A stretch of 64,000 nucleotides of DNA from Candidatus Poribacteria bacterium (GCA_964291315.2 OZ219753.1:1792001-1856000), one strand, 5' to 3'; positions 48,653 to 58,870 are shown, counted from the first letter of the stretch. A program made the numbers and translations. The notes: generated by a model from the sequence alone, not told the origin.

Positions 48653-49996
48653 TTACGTTTTCTGTGGTTTTTTACGAGCCGCTGGGAATAGAATGTTATT
48701 CAGAATGAGCCGGTAGCCGGGCGAATGTTTGTGCAAATCGAGGTTCGTCGGGATTTTACCCTCACCCACGAAGTGACGATAGTCCTCTGGATCATGACCA
48801 CCGAGAAACGTAAAAGTCCCTTTGCCTAATTTACCGTGGATGTATTTCGCGTAGTTCATGCCCTCTACCTCTCCCAAAATCGTGACTGAACCACGAATCT
48901 TGTCCATATTGAACGATGTCGTCTGCCCGAGGTACCCCGGCACAATACTGACATGGTTTTGCGTCAGCATCGTCGGGATGGGATCATGTTTTGCGGAGAA
49001 CTCGAAAAGCTTGAAATCCTCAACACCGCTCTGCGCATCTCTATCAGGCTCCGGGTTGTCTATGTCCGAGAATTCATAGCGGTACGGATTCGTATAAAGC
49101 TTGAAATTCTCGAACGCCAAGGTGCGCTGAAAATCGAGGCGCGCCCCCGCATCAGCCTCGACCGGGGTCCCATCCAACGCAGGGGCGATAATGTCAATAA
49201 CGCCGCCGTGTGTCGCCAAGGCAATGTCCAACGTCTCCGGCGCTGAACACATTGCAAAAATGAACCCGCCGTTGGCGATATAATCCGAAATCATCTGCGC
49301 AGTCTGACCTTTATGCCGCGCAACACGTCGAAAACCCGCCTCAGCGGCAGCTTGTTCAAACATCAGCATCCGTTGCTGATACCAAACCTGCTTTGAAAAT
49401 GAAGCATGGAATTTACCGTGCTGCCCCGTGAAGTCCTCGTGGTGCAGATGGAGCCAGTCGTAATCGTCTATTTCTAAGATGCCGCTTTGCACCTCTTTAT
49501 CCCAAATTTCGTCGTACGGAATCTCCGCGTAATCCAACGCAATCTTGACCGCATCATCCCAAGGATCTCGATAAGGCGACGCCTCTGAAGGGGCATACAC
49601 CGCAATCTTCGGCGCCTTTTCCAATAGAATCTCGTCCATATTGCTGCCTTGAATAACAGATTCTTTGATAGCACCATAGGCAGCAGCATCCATCGCCTCA
49701 AAACTGACACCCATGAGCACTGCACGCCTTCGGACATCCGGCGAATCGGGGACCACGAACGCACCGCCACGGTAGTTTAGCCACCAATAACACCGGTACT
49801 CGCGCGGAACTTCTAATGCCCAATAGGTCAATCCGTAAGCCTTCAGGTGATTAGTCTGCCCGCCCGTATCCATAGGTATCAAGAGCCACTGGGCAGCAGC
49901 CGCATTTACGCCTATAAGGAACAGCATGAGCAGACACAACAGAGTGCTAAACCCCCTGCCTACAATTTGAATCAGCGAAGTGTGAAATAAATTCAT
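48653..49996 (-). CDS. Conserved exported protein (family often labelled asparagine synthetase B in Bacteroidota)
   Basis: LIPMD...QTNHLKAYG, NYRGG, PWDDAV, WLHLHHEDFTGQ, FAMCSA, GGHDPEDY, SPGYRLILNNILFPAA. Confidence 0.8.
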   Translation of the reverse strand: MNLFHTSLIQIVGRGFSTLLCLLMLFLIGVNAAAAQWLLIPMDTGGQTNHLKAYGLTYWALEVPREYRCYWWLNYRGGAFVVPDSPDVRRRAVLMGVSFEAMDAAAYGAIKESVIQGSNMDEILLEKAPKIAVYAPSEASPYRDPWDDAVKIALDYAEIPYDEIWDKEVQSGILEIDDYDWLHLHHEDFTGQHGKFHASFSKQVWYQQRMLMFEQAAAEAGFRRVARHKGQTAQMISDYIANGGFIFAMCSAPETLDIALATHGGVIDIIAPALDGTPVEADAGARLDFQRTLAFENFKLYTNPYRYEFSDIDNPEPDRDAQSGVEDFKLFEFSAKHDPIPTMLTQNHVSIVPGYLGQTTSFNMDKIRGSVTILGEVEGMNYAKYIHGKLGKGTFTFLGGHDPEDYRHFVGEGKIPTNLDLHKHSPGYRLILNNILFPAARKKPQKT

Positions 49997-52791
49997 TAAT
50001 CTTTACCCGAAATATCTGCCTGTGGATACCGCGCTACAGCTGCCGGCTCACGTCCGAATACAACTTGCCCGTTGTGCATCAGCGCTGTTTCTACGGCCTC
50101 CGGATGTGTCGTATCAATCTTCCAGAGCTGCCCATTACTTTCATAGATAACCCACCGACCCTCCGGCGGCACCCAGACCGGGCGCGACCCGCCTTTCCGA
50201 GTGAGCTGCCGCTCCGTCGGGACACCATCCCCAGCATACGTGATGACCCATACCTGTTGGAAATCACCGACCCTTCGTGTGAATGCCAACTGATTCGGAT
50301 GCGCAGGCGACCAAGCCGGTTCCGTATCATCCGTTTCCGAAGATACCACAATCGGTTCCACACGCTGTGCCACTTGGTCAAAAGCATAGATATTGCGTTT
50401 CTGGGCCGTACCCTCCAACATTAACGCATCTACCGAATTTTCGATGCTCCCGGCTGTCACATAAGCGAGCAGGGTGCCGTCGCTATTCCAAGCGGGCGTG
50501 AAACTTTGCATCGCCGTTGACGGCACAACCAACTCAGATCCGCTCGAAACGTGTTGTATAACTACACGCCTTCGGCCTCCGAACTCCGGCCGCGTATAGG
50601 CAACATACTTCGCATCCGGGGAGATTGCAGCATCATCTGTCACCCGCTGCCCCTCAAGAAGCAGGCCACCGTCCGGCATATCACGGTTTCGAACCATAAC
50701 GTTCCCATCCCTATCCTGATAAACAAGCGTCCCATCTTTCGCAACCGAAGGATTGTGGCCAACGCCCAAAGGGATACTACTGCCATCCGGGAAAAGACAC
50801 CAAATTACATCATCGTAAGCAAAATAGATCGCCGCCGATAACGAGTCTGCTGCTTCTGTTACAGAACCCTTAAACTCTTCAGCATTCTCAGCCGCGCTGC
50901 CCGCTGATCCATCTCTGTTTTTCAGATCCACATCAACCCCCTTTTTAGGGGTAAACGGCTCCATTTTCGCTAATTCCCATCCTGACCCTTTAGCTCGCCA
51001 ATGGAAACTGAGGCCTTTTCTCCAATAGTGCCACTCCTCGTTTAAACGCCCACTCCGGGTGACACGGAAAATGTCATCAGGTTTTCCGTGGCGTTTCCTG
51101 ATTTCCCAACGCCCGCCATCCTCAATTTCTGCCATATTCCCGTCTTTATCAATATAGACTGCAAGAATCTCAATGTCTATGTAGCTCGTCGTTTCCCCAG
51201 AAAATACAGTGACTGCAACAGGTTCACCACGGACAGGATACCGCGTACCATATATCCCAACCCCATCAGCGATGCCCGTTTTTTGGTCGTTGTTTGCGTC
51301 CATAATCGCCATGACGTAATAGCTGCCCGGCAGCACGTTGACCTGATAAAACCCCTCTTTTGAAACAGAAATCGGCATCACAATCGGGGAACTGAAATCG
51401 GAGTTATAAGAAAACGTCAAAATCCCCTGCTGAACCTCTCGTCCATCCCATATCACGCGGCCGGAAATACCCCCTTGTTCAATGTGGGTTTCTATAGTCG
51501 GGGGCGTGGCATGAAGAAGGCCGTTGGCATCGTAGCGAGCACTCATCACAAGCTCTATGTCTTCGGTTTTACCCGCTGTCAACGTTAATGCAGCTGGGGG
51601 CTGCGTTGTGATGTCTAGCGTGCCGTAACCACCTAAACTGTCCCCCTCACTGTATCTGTCGTCTTTGTCCGCATCCACATTCGCAATAACATAGTATTCG
51701 TCTGGCGGAAGCAAAAATCGGAACGAGCCGCCCACATCCGTCTCCGCACTCGCAACCGGCATGACTAAAGCAGGATCGGAGTACACTTCAACCCGTGCAC
51801 TTACCTCCTCGGGAACAGGAGATACGGTACCCGTCAGCGTGCTAGTTGCTGCCGTTTGTGTCTTTTTAGATGTCTGATAGGTGGCAGTGATCGCAACCTC
51901 TATATTTTCAGTGAACTGGTTCGGCGGCACCAAAATAGGCTGCGGAAAGTTCCCACGCCTTCGCATATCCGTGACACCGTAGAATCCGAAATCGTCCCCA
52001 ATATCGAGTTTATTCGTCCCATTGTTATCAACAATCGCCATGAGATAGTATTTTCCCGGCGGAAGATTGAGCGTCCACCTTCTATCTTCCGTTACGCTCG
52101 CAATACCCGCCCGATACTTCCAAGAAAGATCTGTATACGCAAGAATTAACGCTCTCGATGCCCCTCGAAGAGGCTTCGGATCCGCGGGACCTTGACGAAG
52201 AAAACTGAGGGTGCCGCTACACCCAGATGTCGCCTTGCGTAATTCTGTCTGGAATTGCTGGAAACGACTCGGCTCGTATTCAGATATTGGAACAACCTCC
52301 GGCCTACCATCCATATGCGTCACTCGCCCTGTTATCAGGATATCTAGACCGCCAACCTTTTCTCCTGCCTCTACGTCAATGAACTGTTTATTTTGTTTCT
52401 CATCAGTCCAGTCGGTAATTCCGAACATACCCAAACCGTCTCCCGTATCAAAACGACCCGACTTGTCAACATCCACATAAGCCACCAAATAGTAGCGGCC
52501 CGGCTCCACGCGGAGCGTAAACCGACCATCACCGAGTTGCGGGATCCCGCTGATGTAGACCTGTTGCAGAGCCTCGTCCCGATAGACAGAAACGCTTGTG
52601 TGTGCAAGGTCTTGTCCCTCCCAGATGATTTTCCCCGCCAAAGTCGCGGTCATCCGTTTCGCAGTCGTATCCTCCTGACAGTAAACCTCACTGACAAACC
52701 CAATACCGACGGTAAGCAGCAAAAGCAGCAACCATTTCATTTTTATTCTTTCGTTGTGTTGTTTCATTCTTCCTTCATCTTGTTCTTTCAT
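49996..52791 (-). CDS. Secreted protein with four Ig-like/DxDxxG repeats and a C-terminal TolB-like beta-propeller
   Basis: Signal peptide; four PG.YY..A..D.[DN]....D..D..G.[YF]G repeats; PD40-like AISPD, PAWNSDG, PAWSP. Confidence 0.8.
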   Translation of the reverse strand: MKEQDEGRMKQHNERIKMKWLLLLLLTVGIGFVSEVYCQEDTTAKRMTATLAGKIIWEGQDLAHTSVSVYRDEALQQVYISGIPQLGDGRFTLRVEPGRYYLVAYVDVDKSGRFDTGDGLGMFGITDWTDEKQNKQFIDVEAGEKVGGLDILITGRVTHMDGRPEVVPISEYEPSRFQQFQTELRKATSGCSGTLSFLRQGPADPKPLRGASRALILAYTDLSWKYRAGIASVTEDRRWTLNLPPGKYYLMAIVDNNGTNKLDIGDDFGFYGVTDMRRRGNFPQPILVPPNQFTENIEVAITATYQTSKKTQTAATSTLTGTVSPVPEEVSARVEVYSDPALVMPVASAETDVGGSFRFLLPPDEYYVIANVDADKDDRYSEGDSLGGYGTLDITTQPPAALTLTAGKTEDIELVMSARYDANGLLHATPPTIETHIEQGGISGRVIWDGREVQQGILTFSYNSDFSSPIVMPISVSKEGFYQVNVLPGSYYVMAIMDANNDQKTGIADGVGIYGTRYPVRGEPVAVTVFSGETTSYIDIEILAVYIDKDGNMAEIEDGGRWEIRKRHGKPDDIFRVTRSGRLNEEWHYWRKGLSFHWRAKGSGWELAKMEPFTPKKGVDVDLKNRDGSAGSAAENAEEFKGSVTEAADSLSAAIYFAYDDVIWCLFPDGSSIPLGVGHNPSVAKDGTLVYQDRDGNVMVRNRDMPDGGLLLEGQRVTDDAAISPDAKYVAYTRPEFGGRRRVVIQHVSSGSELVVPSTAMQSFTPAWNSDGTLLAYVTAGSIENSVDALMLEGTAQKRNIYAFDQVAQRVEPIVVSSETDDTEPAWSPAHPNQLAFTRRVGDFQQVWVITYAGDGVPTERQLTRKGGSRPVWVPPEGRWVIYESNGQLWKIDTTHPEAVETALMHNGQVVFGREPAAVARYPQADISGKD

Positions 52792-52962
52792 AACGTTTGA
52801 TGGTTAAATAATATTAGCATGCACAACGATAATTTGCAAATAGATATTCTTTTCCATCAGGAGGATTCAGGGAGCTCTAAAAATAATGCAACGTTGATAA
52901 ATACTTGAATAATCTTTTCTATCAAGAGAACATTTTTCTGCACACAGATGGGTTTTCTTGTA

Positions 52963-52991
52963 TTGACAATTTATGTCTATTTTGATAAAAT
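52963..52991 (+). promoter_or_regulatory. Strong sigma70 promoter of the WD40 gene
   Basis: TTGACA-17 nt-TAAAAT with extended TG. Confidence 0.7.
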
Positions 52992-53200
52992 CGTTTTTTG
53001 GATGTGGCAGCCTCTACAGATTTGAGGGGCACTGAAGATGTCTCTAGCACCCTTCACTGTAGAGAACCCTGCCATCGATACGGAATGACAGGGCTAACCG
53101 AAATTATATCACACATTGGACCTCTAAACCTTTTATCAAACTCACGCGAGTTACAAATTATTATTGGAGGAATGATACCTGAATAAGGGACCCCAGCAAG

Positions 53201-55162
53201 ATGAAACAAAATCTTCAACAAAAACCTTTCAGGTCATCAAATGCTAACATGGATCTGGCGAAATGGACACAACATGAGGCATCTATAGCCCTATTCGGAC
53301 AGGGGGATGTTTGGACTATATTACCCTCTCCAGACGGCAAATATCTTGCCGTTGCAACTTCTATCGGCTTATGGTGGTATGAATTATCCACAATGTCTCC
53401 CCTGGACCTGTGGGACACGGAGCAAGGAATGATTTCCGCGCTATCTTTTTCCTCTAACGGCAGATGGATTGCCACAGGCGGACGTGATGGGAGCGTCAAA
53501 GTGTGGGATATTTCAAGCTGTGACTGCATTACACGGGTGACGCGATGTGAGGACGGACATTCGATAATGCGTCAAAAAGATATCTCCTGTGTAGCCTTCT
53601 CACCGAATAGTCAACTTTTAGCGCTTTCTGGCAAACGCGACTATATCGTCGACCTATGGAATCCAGAAACGGGTGAATAGCTTGCAAAAATCAATGGTGA
53701 TTCTCAAATAGAACTCCAGTACTGCGGCCTGACCCGGCCTATCGCTTTTTCACCGGACAGTCAACTGCTCGCTTGTTTAAGTCCATCTGTGAGAAATAAT
53801 TCAGGTAGCCCTTCTATAGCCGCCGAATTTATTTCGGTGTGGGAGCTTTCTTGTTGTGAACGTCTCACGATCCTAGAGAAATACCCTCCCGGTTCAGGAT
53901 GGCACTCCTTCTGTTTTTCGCCCTGCGGCAATTACCTGGTTGCCAGCGGCGATGTAGACAAGAAACTGCAGATATGGGATACGGAGGATTGGCAACCGAT
54001 TAGAACGCAGCCCTGGCCCGGGGCAAATTGGATAATACCCTCTTATTCTACTCAGGGCGTTCTGCATGGGGCTGAGGTATCTGATGATAACAAAACTGTC
54101 ACACTGTTCGACATAGAGCACGACCGAAAACTCTGGACTTGCCCGACTTCTGTCGATTTTTCGACGATCTCGTTTTCCCATGGGAACCAGCTAGTCGTCA
54201 AGAGCGGACTTGAACTAAAAACTTGGATAGGAAAACAAAATACCCCCCAGACATGCCCCCATACGCATCTCACACCAGTAGAATCGCTGGCGTTTTCGGC
54301 TGATGGAAACACGCTAGCCTGCGCGTATAGCTACGACGGCATTCTGATCTGGAATGTTGGCACACCTTCACATCCACAACGGGTTTTCAGATGCCCCGGT
54401 GTGAAACATCAGGTGTGCGCGTTCTACAACGGAGAATTCCATACAATATGTGTTGATAAAAACACTATCAAGGTATGGGCAATTGGAAGCGAGACACTTT
54501 CTGCAGAAATCATACTAGAGAACCGGCCTCCGTACTGGGCATTTGCATTCGCTCCCGAAACTAAACGTCTTGCCTCTGGAGATAACAAAGGCACGGTGAG
54601 CCTCTGGGATGTAACAAACGGTGAACGTCTCTATACTTCCAGAAAGCATCCAACCGAGATTCTGCGTTTAGCGTTTAGTCCTAACGGAAAATTCCTCGCG
54701 AGTCAGGCAGCTGTTGGACCCGATACTCGCCTCTGGGATGTTGAATCTGGACAAGAAATTCTCGATTTTCCCGGGACACATATTGAAAAGCTCGCCTTTT
54801 CCCCTTGCAGCACCCGAATTGCCGCCGATACTGAAAAAGAAATTCTTGTCTGGGATCTCCTCCGCTCTGAAATCAAACTCACACTCCCGAAAACATCCGA
54901 ATGGACCGATAACGGTTTTTGGCAGACCTCATTCGCGTTTTCTCCGGATAGTCAGTACCTCGCTTCCGGGGGCGGCGAGGATTTAGGTGGAATGAAAACA
55001 CCTGTGCGCTTATGGGAATTGACAACAGGACGGAATCTGGCCACGCTCCGCGGGCACACGCGCGATGTTTCTGCCCTCTCTTTTTCGCCAGATGGCACGC
55101 TTCTAGCGAGTGGCAGCTATGACGGCACCCTCCGCTTGTGGGATGTGAAACGTTATCTATAA
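53201..55162 (+). pseudogene. WD40-repeat protein interrupted by a single in-frame TAG (53678-53680)
   Basis: ORFs 53201-53680 and 53789-55162 share a frame; the gap reads LAKINGDSQIELQYCGLTRPIAFSPDSQLLACLSPS with no further stop. Confidence 0.8.
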
Positions 55163-55288
55163 CGTGAGCTCGATAAATATGTGGCTCATCTTTAAAGTAA
55201 AGCGAAACCTTTTGGCATAAGGAAGTAAAACGCTCACCTAACGGAGTTACCAATGCTTTTTTAACGCTATTTTTTTAAACTCACGTTA
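55160..55288. mobile_element. MITE-like 129-bp insert with 11-bp terminal inverted repeats and TCTA target duplication
   Basis: TAACGTGAGCT...AACTCACGTTA (10/11), flanked by TCTA at 55156-55159 and 55289-55292; the right end recurs at 57136-57150. Confidence 0.5.
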
Positions 55289-55296
55289 TCTATAGT

Positions 55297-56562
55297 ATGA
55301 AACTTCGAGACACGCTCTACACCGGAGTCCGACACCTCTCTGAAAATCGATTGCGGGCAGGACTGTCTGTCCTCGGTATTTCCATCGGCATAGCGAGTGT
55401 GTTATGCATGATGGCGATAGGCGATGGCGCAAAACTCTTCATCAAAAAAGACATCGAGAAACTCGGCGGTGCCAACCAAGTCAACTTTTGGACCCGCACC
55501 GCTATTTGGAAACGCGGGCGCCTCATGAGACGCACCATCGAGCGATACACACTTTCTGACATACAGGCCATTGAAGCAGAATGCCCCGAGGTCATCTTCG
55601 TTTTACCTAAAACTGGCAGATACCAAGCCACCGTCAAGAGTCAACACACGGACCACGCCCGCGCTTCTGTAGAAGGCGTGACAGCCGACTACGCCACAGG
55701 AATGCATTGGAACGTGCAAGATGGGCGGTTCTTCTCCCCAGAAGATATAGAGAACGCAAAACAGGTGTGCGTCCTCGGAGCAGAAACCGCACGAGACCTC
55801 TTCGGCAATACAGCACCGTTAGGACGAGAAATCAAAATGAAATACAATTGGCGAACGCCCTTCGTGCGCTACCGCGTCATCGGCGTCATGGCACGCAAAG
55901 GGAGAAGTCTCCAGAGCTACTGGTCTCTAGATGACATCGTTTGTATCCCGTTGACAACACACCAGCAAAGGCTCTCCGGCACCCGGTATGTTGAGGGGAT
56001 GCACGTCTTTTTCAAAAAATCGGCAGAGGTTGACCTTGTCATAGATTCCGTTAAGGATGTCCTCCGGAAAAGACACCAGGGTGCTGATGACTTTATCGAG
56101 TATTGGGTACCGCAAAGAACTGTCAGACGCTTGGATCACATTCAAAAGGTGATACAGATTTCTCTGGGGAGCATCGCCGGTTTTTCGCTATTCGTCAGCG
56201 GGATCGGTATCATGAATATCTGTCTTGTCTCTGTCGGTGAAAGGACCCAGGAGATAGGTATCCGGAAATCTGTTGGGGCGAAAGAGCTCGACATCTTTTG
56301 CCAATTCTTGACAGAGTCCCTCTCTTTATGTCTGTGTGGCGGGGTGCTGGGCATCGCGGTCGGGTGGGTGGCTGCACACGGCATGGCGCGCCTCGCCGTC
56401 CATGTTCTGCCGATTGTGGGGACGTGGCCTGTAGTTATGTCGCCGCCGTGGATGCTAACATCGGTTGTCTTCTCTATCTTTATGGGTACCGTTTTCGGTG
56501 TCTATCCGGCTATCCGGGCAGCCCGGCTCACACCTATCGCCGCACTCCGAACTGAGAAATAA
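55297..56562 (+). CDS. MacB/FtsX-family ABC transporter permease
   Basis: NRLRAGLSVLGISIGIASV, GRFF, GIGIMNICLVSVGERTQEIGIRKSVGA, GVYPAIRAARL. Confidence 0.93.
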   Translation: MKLRDTLYTGVRHLSENRLRAGLSVLGISIGIASVLCMMAIGDGAKLFIKKDIEKLGGANQVNFWTRTAIWKRGRLMRRTIERYTLSDIQAIEAECPEVIFVLPKTGRYQATVKSQHTDHARASVEGVTADYATGMHWNVQDGRFFSPEDIENAKQVCVLGAETARDLFGNTAPLGREIKMKYNWRTPFVRYRVIGVMARKGRSLQSYWSLDDIVCIPLTTHQQRLSGTRYVEGMHVFFKKSAEVDLVIDSVKDVLRKRHQGADDFIEYWVPQRTVRRLDHIQKVIQISLGSIAGFSLFVSGIGIMNICLVSVGERTQEIGIRKSVGAKELDIFCQFLTESLSLCLCGGVLGIAVGWVAAHGMARLAVHVLPIVGTWPVVMSPPWMLTSVVFSIFMGTVFGVYPAIRAARLTPIAALRTEK

Positions 56563-56886
56563 ACAGATTTTCTTGAAATCTACTTTTTCATTTTAACATG
56601 CTTACTGAACGCCATAATCAGGACAAGTTAAGTGATGGTATTAGTGATATGAAACTTGAGGAACTAGTGAAGCTCCAGAAAAAACACCACCTAACGCTAC
56701 TCAGCAATGTGGTCATGTTTTCCCCACGGATCCCTAGACGAACAGGCGTAGATAGTACTCTTCTGCCATACCCGAGCTGAGTTGAGAATTTTTATCTATC
56801 AAAATCCGACTCAGACACAGCTCAAAAACAGGTGGCAGATCCTCCTTGGATGGCAATACGCTCTCCATTTGTATTGTAGGAGCATA

Positions 56887-57009
56887 ATGAAGTATTTAAA
56901 AAAAATCGTCCCGTTTTGGAACCACGTACGCATTTTTCTGGTGGCGGGACTCTTGATCGCTATTCTCAGAACCTTTACTGAACTAACAACTAGAAATCTT
57001 TTATCTTGA
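56887..57009 (+). CDS. Putative 40-aa single-TM small protein
   Basis: AGGAG SD at 56878-56882; MKYLKKIVPFWNHVRIFLVAGLLIAILRTFTELTTRNLLS. Confidence 0.35.
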   Translation: MKYLKKIVPFWNHVRIFLVAGLLIAILRTFTELTTRNLLS

Positions 57010-57034
57010 CACAACACCGTTTTACTGCTATAGT
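57006..57034 (+). promoter_or_regulatory. Sigma70 promoter with no ORF directly downstream
   Basis: TTGACA-17 nt-TATAGT with extended TG; a second promoter (TTGACT-18-TATAAT, 57215-57244) serves the next gene. Confidence 0.6.
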
Positions 57035-57092
57035 ATCTCTAACAGATACAATTTGACACAAGGTCTTTTTCTCTCAAGTAAGAAGCATAGTA

Positions 57093-57135
57093 TGTGTGTG
57101 CAAGGTCTTGCCGCTCCCAGATAATTTTCCCCACC
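57093..57135 (+). repeat. 43-bp copy (39/43) of the segment 52597-52639 of the 931-aa gene
   Basis: tgtgtgtgcaaggtcttgccgctcccagataattttccccacc versus tgtgtgtgcaaggtcttgtccctcccagatgattttccccgcc. Confidence 0.85.
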
Positions 57136-57303
57136 TTTAAACTCACGTTAAAAAGTAAGCAAACACAAAACACGCTGCATTCAGACAATCTCCACTGACT
57201 ATTAATAACTAAATTTGACTTTTCTATTTAATATATGGTATAATAGTTTTCCCTCTGGTTTTTAGAAATTTGCATGCAATGAATGCAAGAAGGAGACACT
57301 TGA

Positions 57304-58065
57304 ATGAAAATGAACTATTGTATATACGCCATAGTGCTGACGCTCTGTGTGTCCCTGCCAGCAGTCGCGCAAGACGCACAAGCAGACAAGCTGCTGGGCT
57401 GGTGGTTATTTGACAGCGAAACGGATGAAATCGGCAACTGGAAAGATATCGAACTTCACGGGGCTGAACTCAAAGACGGCCAACTGATTGTTGAGACAGG
57501 GAAATGGGCGCACGCGCTTGAATACACCGGACCCGATATCGAAGAGAAAACTTTGATGACCTGGGTCGCGTTGGACAACCTCGCCGCAACTCAAGGCTCA
57601 GCTCTCACGCTAGATAAAGCAAGCGAAGACCAATTCAACGCCATTGTCTACGCCGAACGCCAACCCAATCAATGGATGTCTGGAAGCAGCTGGTTCCACC
57701 GCACTGAAGACTTTCCGAAAGCCCACAATGAGAAGAACGAAGGCGAAATGGTCTATCTCGCCTTCACTTATGAAGATAATGGTGGAACTTACAAAATAAC
57801 AGGCTATCGCAACGGTGAGAGCCTCGGTAGTTATGAAAAAGGCGAAATCAAAACATGGCCCACGGGCGATGCAGAAATCGTCTGGGGAAAGCGGCATACT
57901 AACGGACTCGACGGACCCGGCGACCTCAACGCTCACATTGAGGAATCCCGTATCTATTCTGTCGCGTTGACACAAGATGAAGTTAAGCAGATGGAGATCG
58001 GAACGCTTTCCGTTAACCCTAAAGGTAAACTCGCTACGCGATGGGCAAAACTTAAGACGAGATAA
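57304..58065 (+). CDS. Secreted LamG-like protein with C-terminal V.P.GKL..RW..LK motif
   Basis: Signal peptide, GWWLFD, IEESRIYSVALT, ends SVNPKGKLATRWAKLKTR. Confidence 0.8.
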   Translation: MKMNYCIYAIVLTLCVSLPAVAQDAQADKLLGWWLFDSETDEIGNWKDIELHGAELKDGQLIVETGKWAHALEYTGPDIEEKTLMTWVALDNLAATQGSALTLDKASEDQFNAIVYAERQPNQWMSGSSWFHRTEDFPKAHNEKNEGEMVYLAFTYEDNGGTYKITGYRNGESLGSYEKGEIKTWPTGDAEIVWGKRHTNGLDGPGDLNAHIEESRIYSVALTQDEVKQMEIGTLSVNPKGKLATRWAKLKTR

Positions 58066-58075
58066 TTCTCGAATT

Positions 58076-58132
58076 GTACGGCGAGATCCCCGACCCGCAC
58101 CCTAATTTAGTGGGGTCGGGGGTTCCGTCTAC
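58076..58132. repeat. Intergenic REP-like hairpin
   Basis: CCCCGACCC (58088-58096) / GGGTCGGGG (58113-58121), with GTAC and CTAC ends. Confidence 0.5.
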
Positions 58133-58183
58133 AAAAGAGCCTGACTCTCAAACGCAGACTATCATCTTTATACGCTAAAAGAC

Positions 58184-58870
58184 ATGATCGACATTACCAA
58201 AAGCCGAATAAGCCGCCCTCTGATATACATCACTGTTTTCCTCACATCCGTTGCTGCCGCCGAGCAGCACACTTGGACATTTGATGAGGACGCAGCAGAT
58301 TGGACACCGGCAAATGGCACATGGCGAATCGAAAACGGAGTCTATAAACAGACAATGCGCTATGGGAAGGCACAAAAAGCGTTAGCCCATGGGGCAGAAT
58401 GGACAGACCATACCCTCAAAGCAAACGTCCGTATCGAAGCCGGACACTGGGCCGGAATCGTCTTCCGCGCACAAAATGAATTTGAATACTATGTTTACCT
58501 GATCTGTCCGAAAGAAAATAAGTCTGAACTCTGGCGACACCGCCGAAGCACTGCCTTTAAAGATGGGTTCGAGGCGCGTGATGAAATTGAACATGACATT
58601 GAACCTATCGGGCTTACCCTGACGCGCGACGAATGGTTCACACTTCAAGCAACTGTTGAGGGTGACCGAATTGCAGTCGCCATCAACGGCATACAGCAAG
58701 CCGTGTTTAACGATAGCACCTATGCTCGCGGTAAAATTGGAGTCTGGACATGGGACACCCAAGCCAGTTTTGATGATGTTCATGTCAAGAGCGTTTCCGC
58801 AACATCCCTTACACCTGTAGAACCTCGCGGAAAACTCACAATAGCGTGGGCAGCGTTAAAAGGAAAATAG
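58184..58870 (+). CDS. Secreted DUF1080/concanavalin-like protein with C-terminal sorting-like motif
   Basis: AGIVFRAQ, GKIGVW, ASFDDV; ends PVEPRGKLTIAWAALKGK. Confidence 0.75.
   Translation: MIDITKSRISRPLIYITVFLTSVAAAEQHTWTFDEDAADWTPANGTWRIENGVYKQTMRYGKAQKALAHGAEWTDHTLKANVRIEAGHWAGIVFRAQNEFEYYVYLICPKENKSELWRHRRSTAFKDGFEARDEIEHDIEPIGLTLTRDEWFTLQATVEGDRIAVAINGIQQAVFNDSTYARGKIGVWTWDTQASFDDVHVKSVSATSLTPVEPRGKLTIAWAALKGK

Noticed and set aside
48653-49996. True asparagine synthetase
   Set aside because: No N-terminal Cys Ntn domain or SGGLDS motif, and it has a signal-like peptide.
53678-53680. Pyrrolysine or genetic-code reassignment
   Set aside because: TAG is a normal stop in several genes here (e.g. 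16327, 25450, 28444) and the site is not catalytic.
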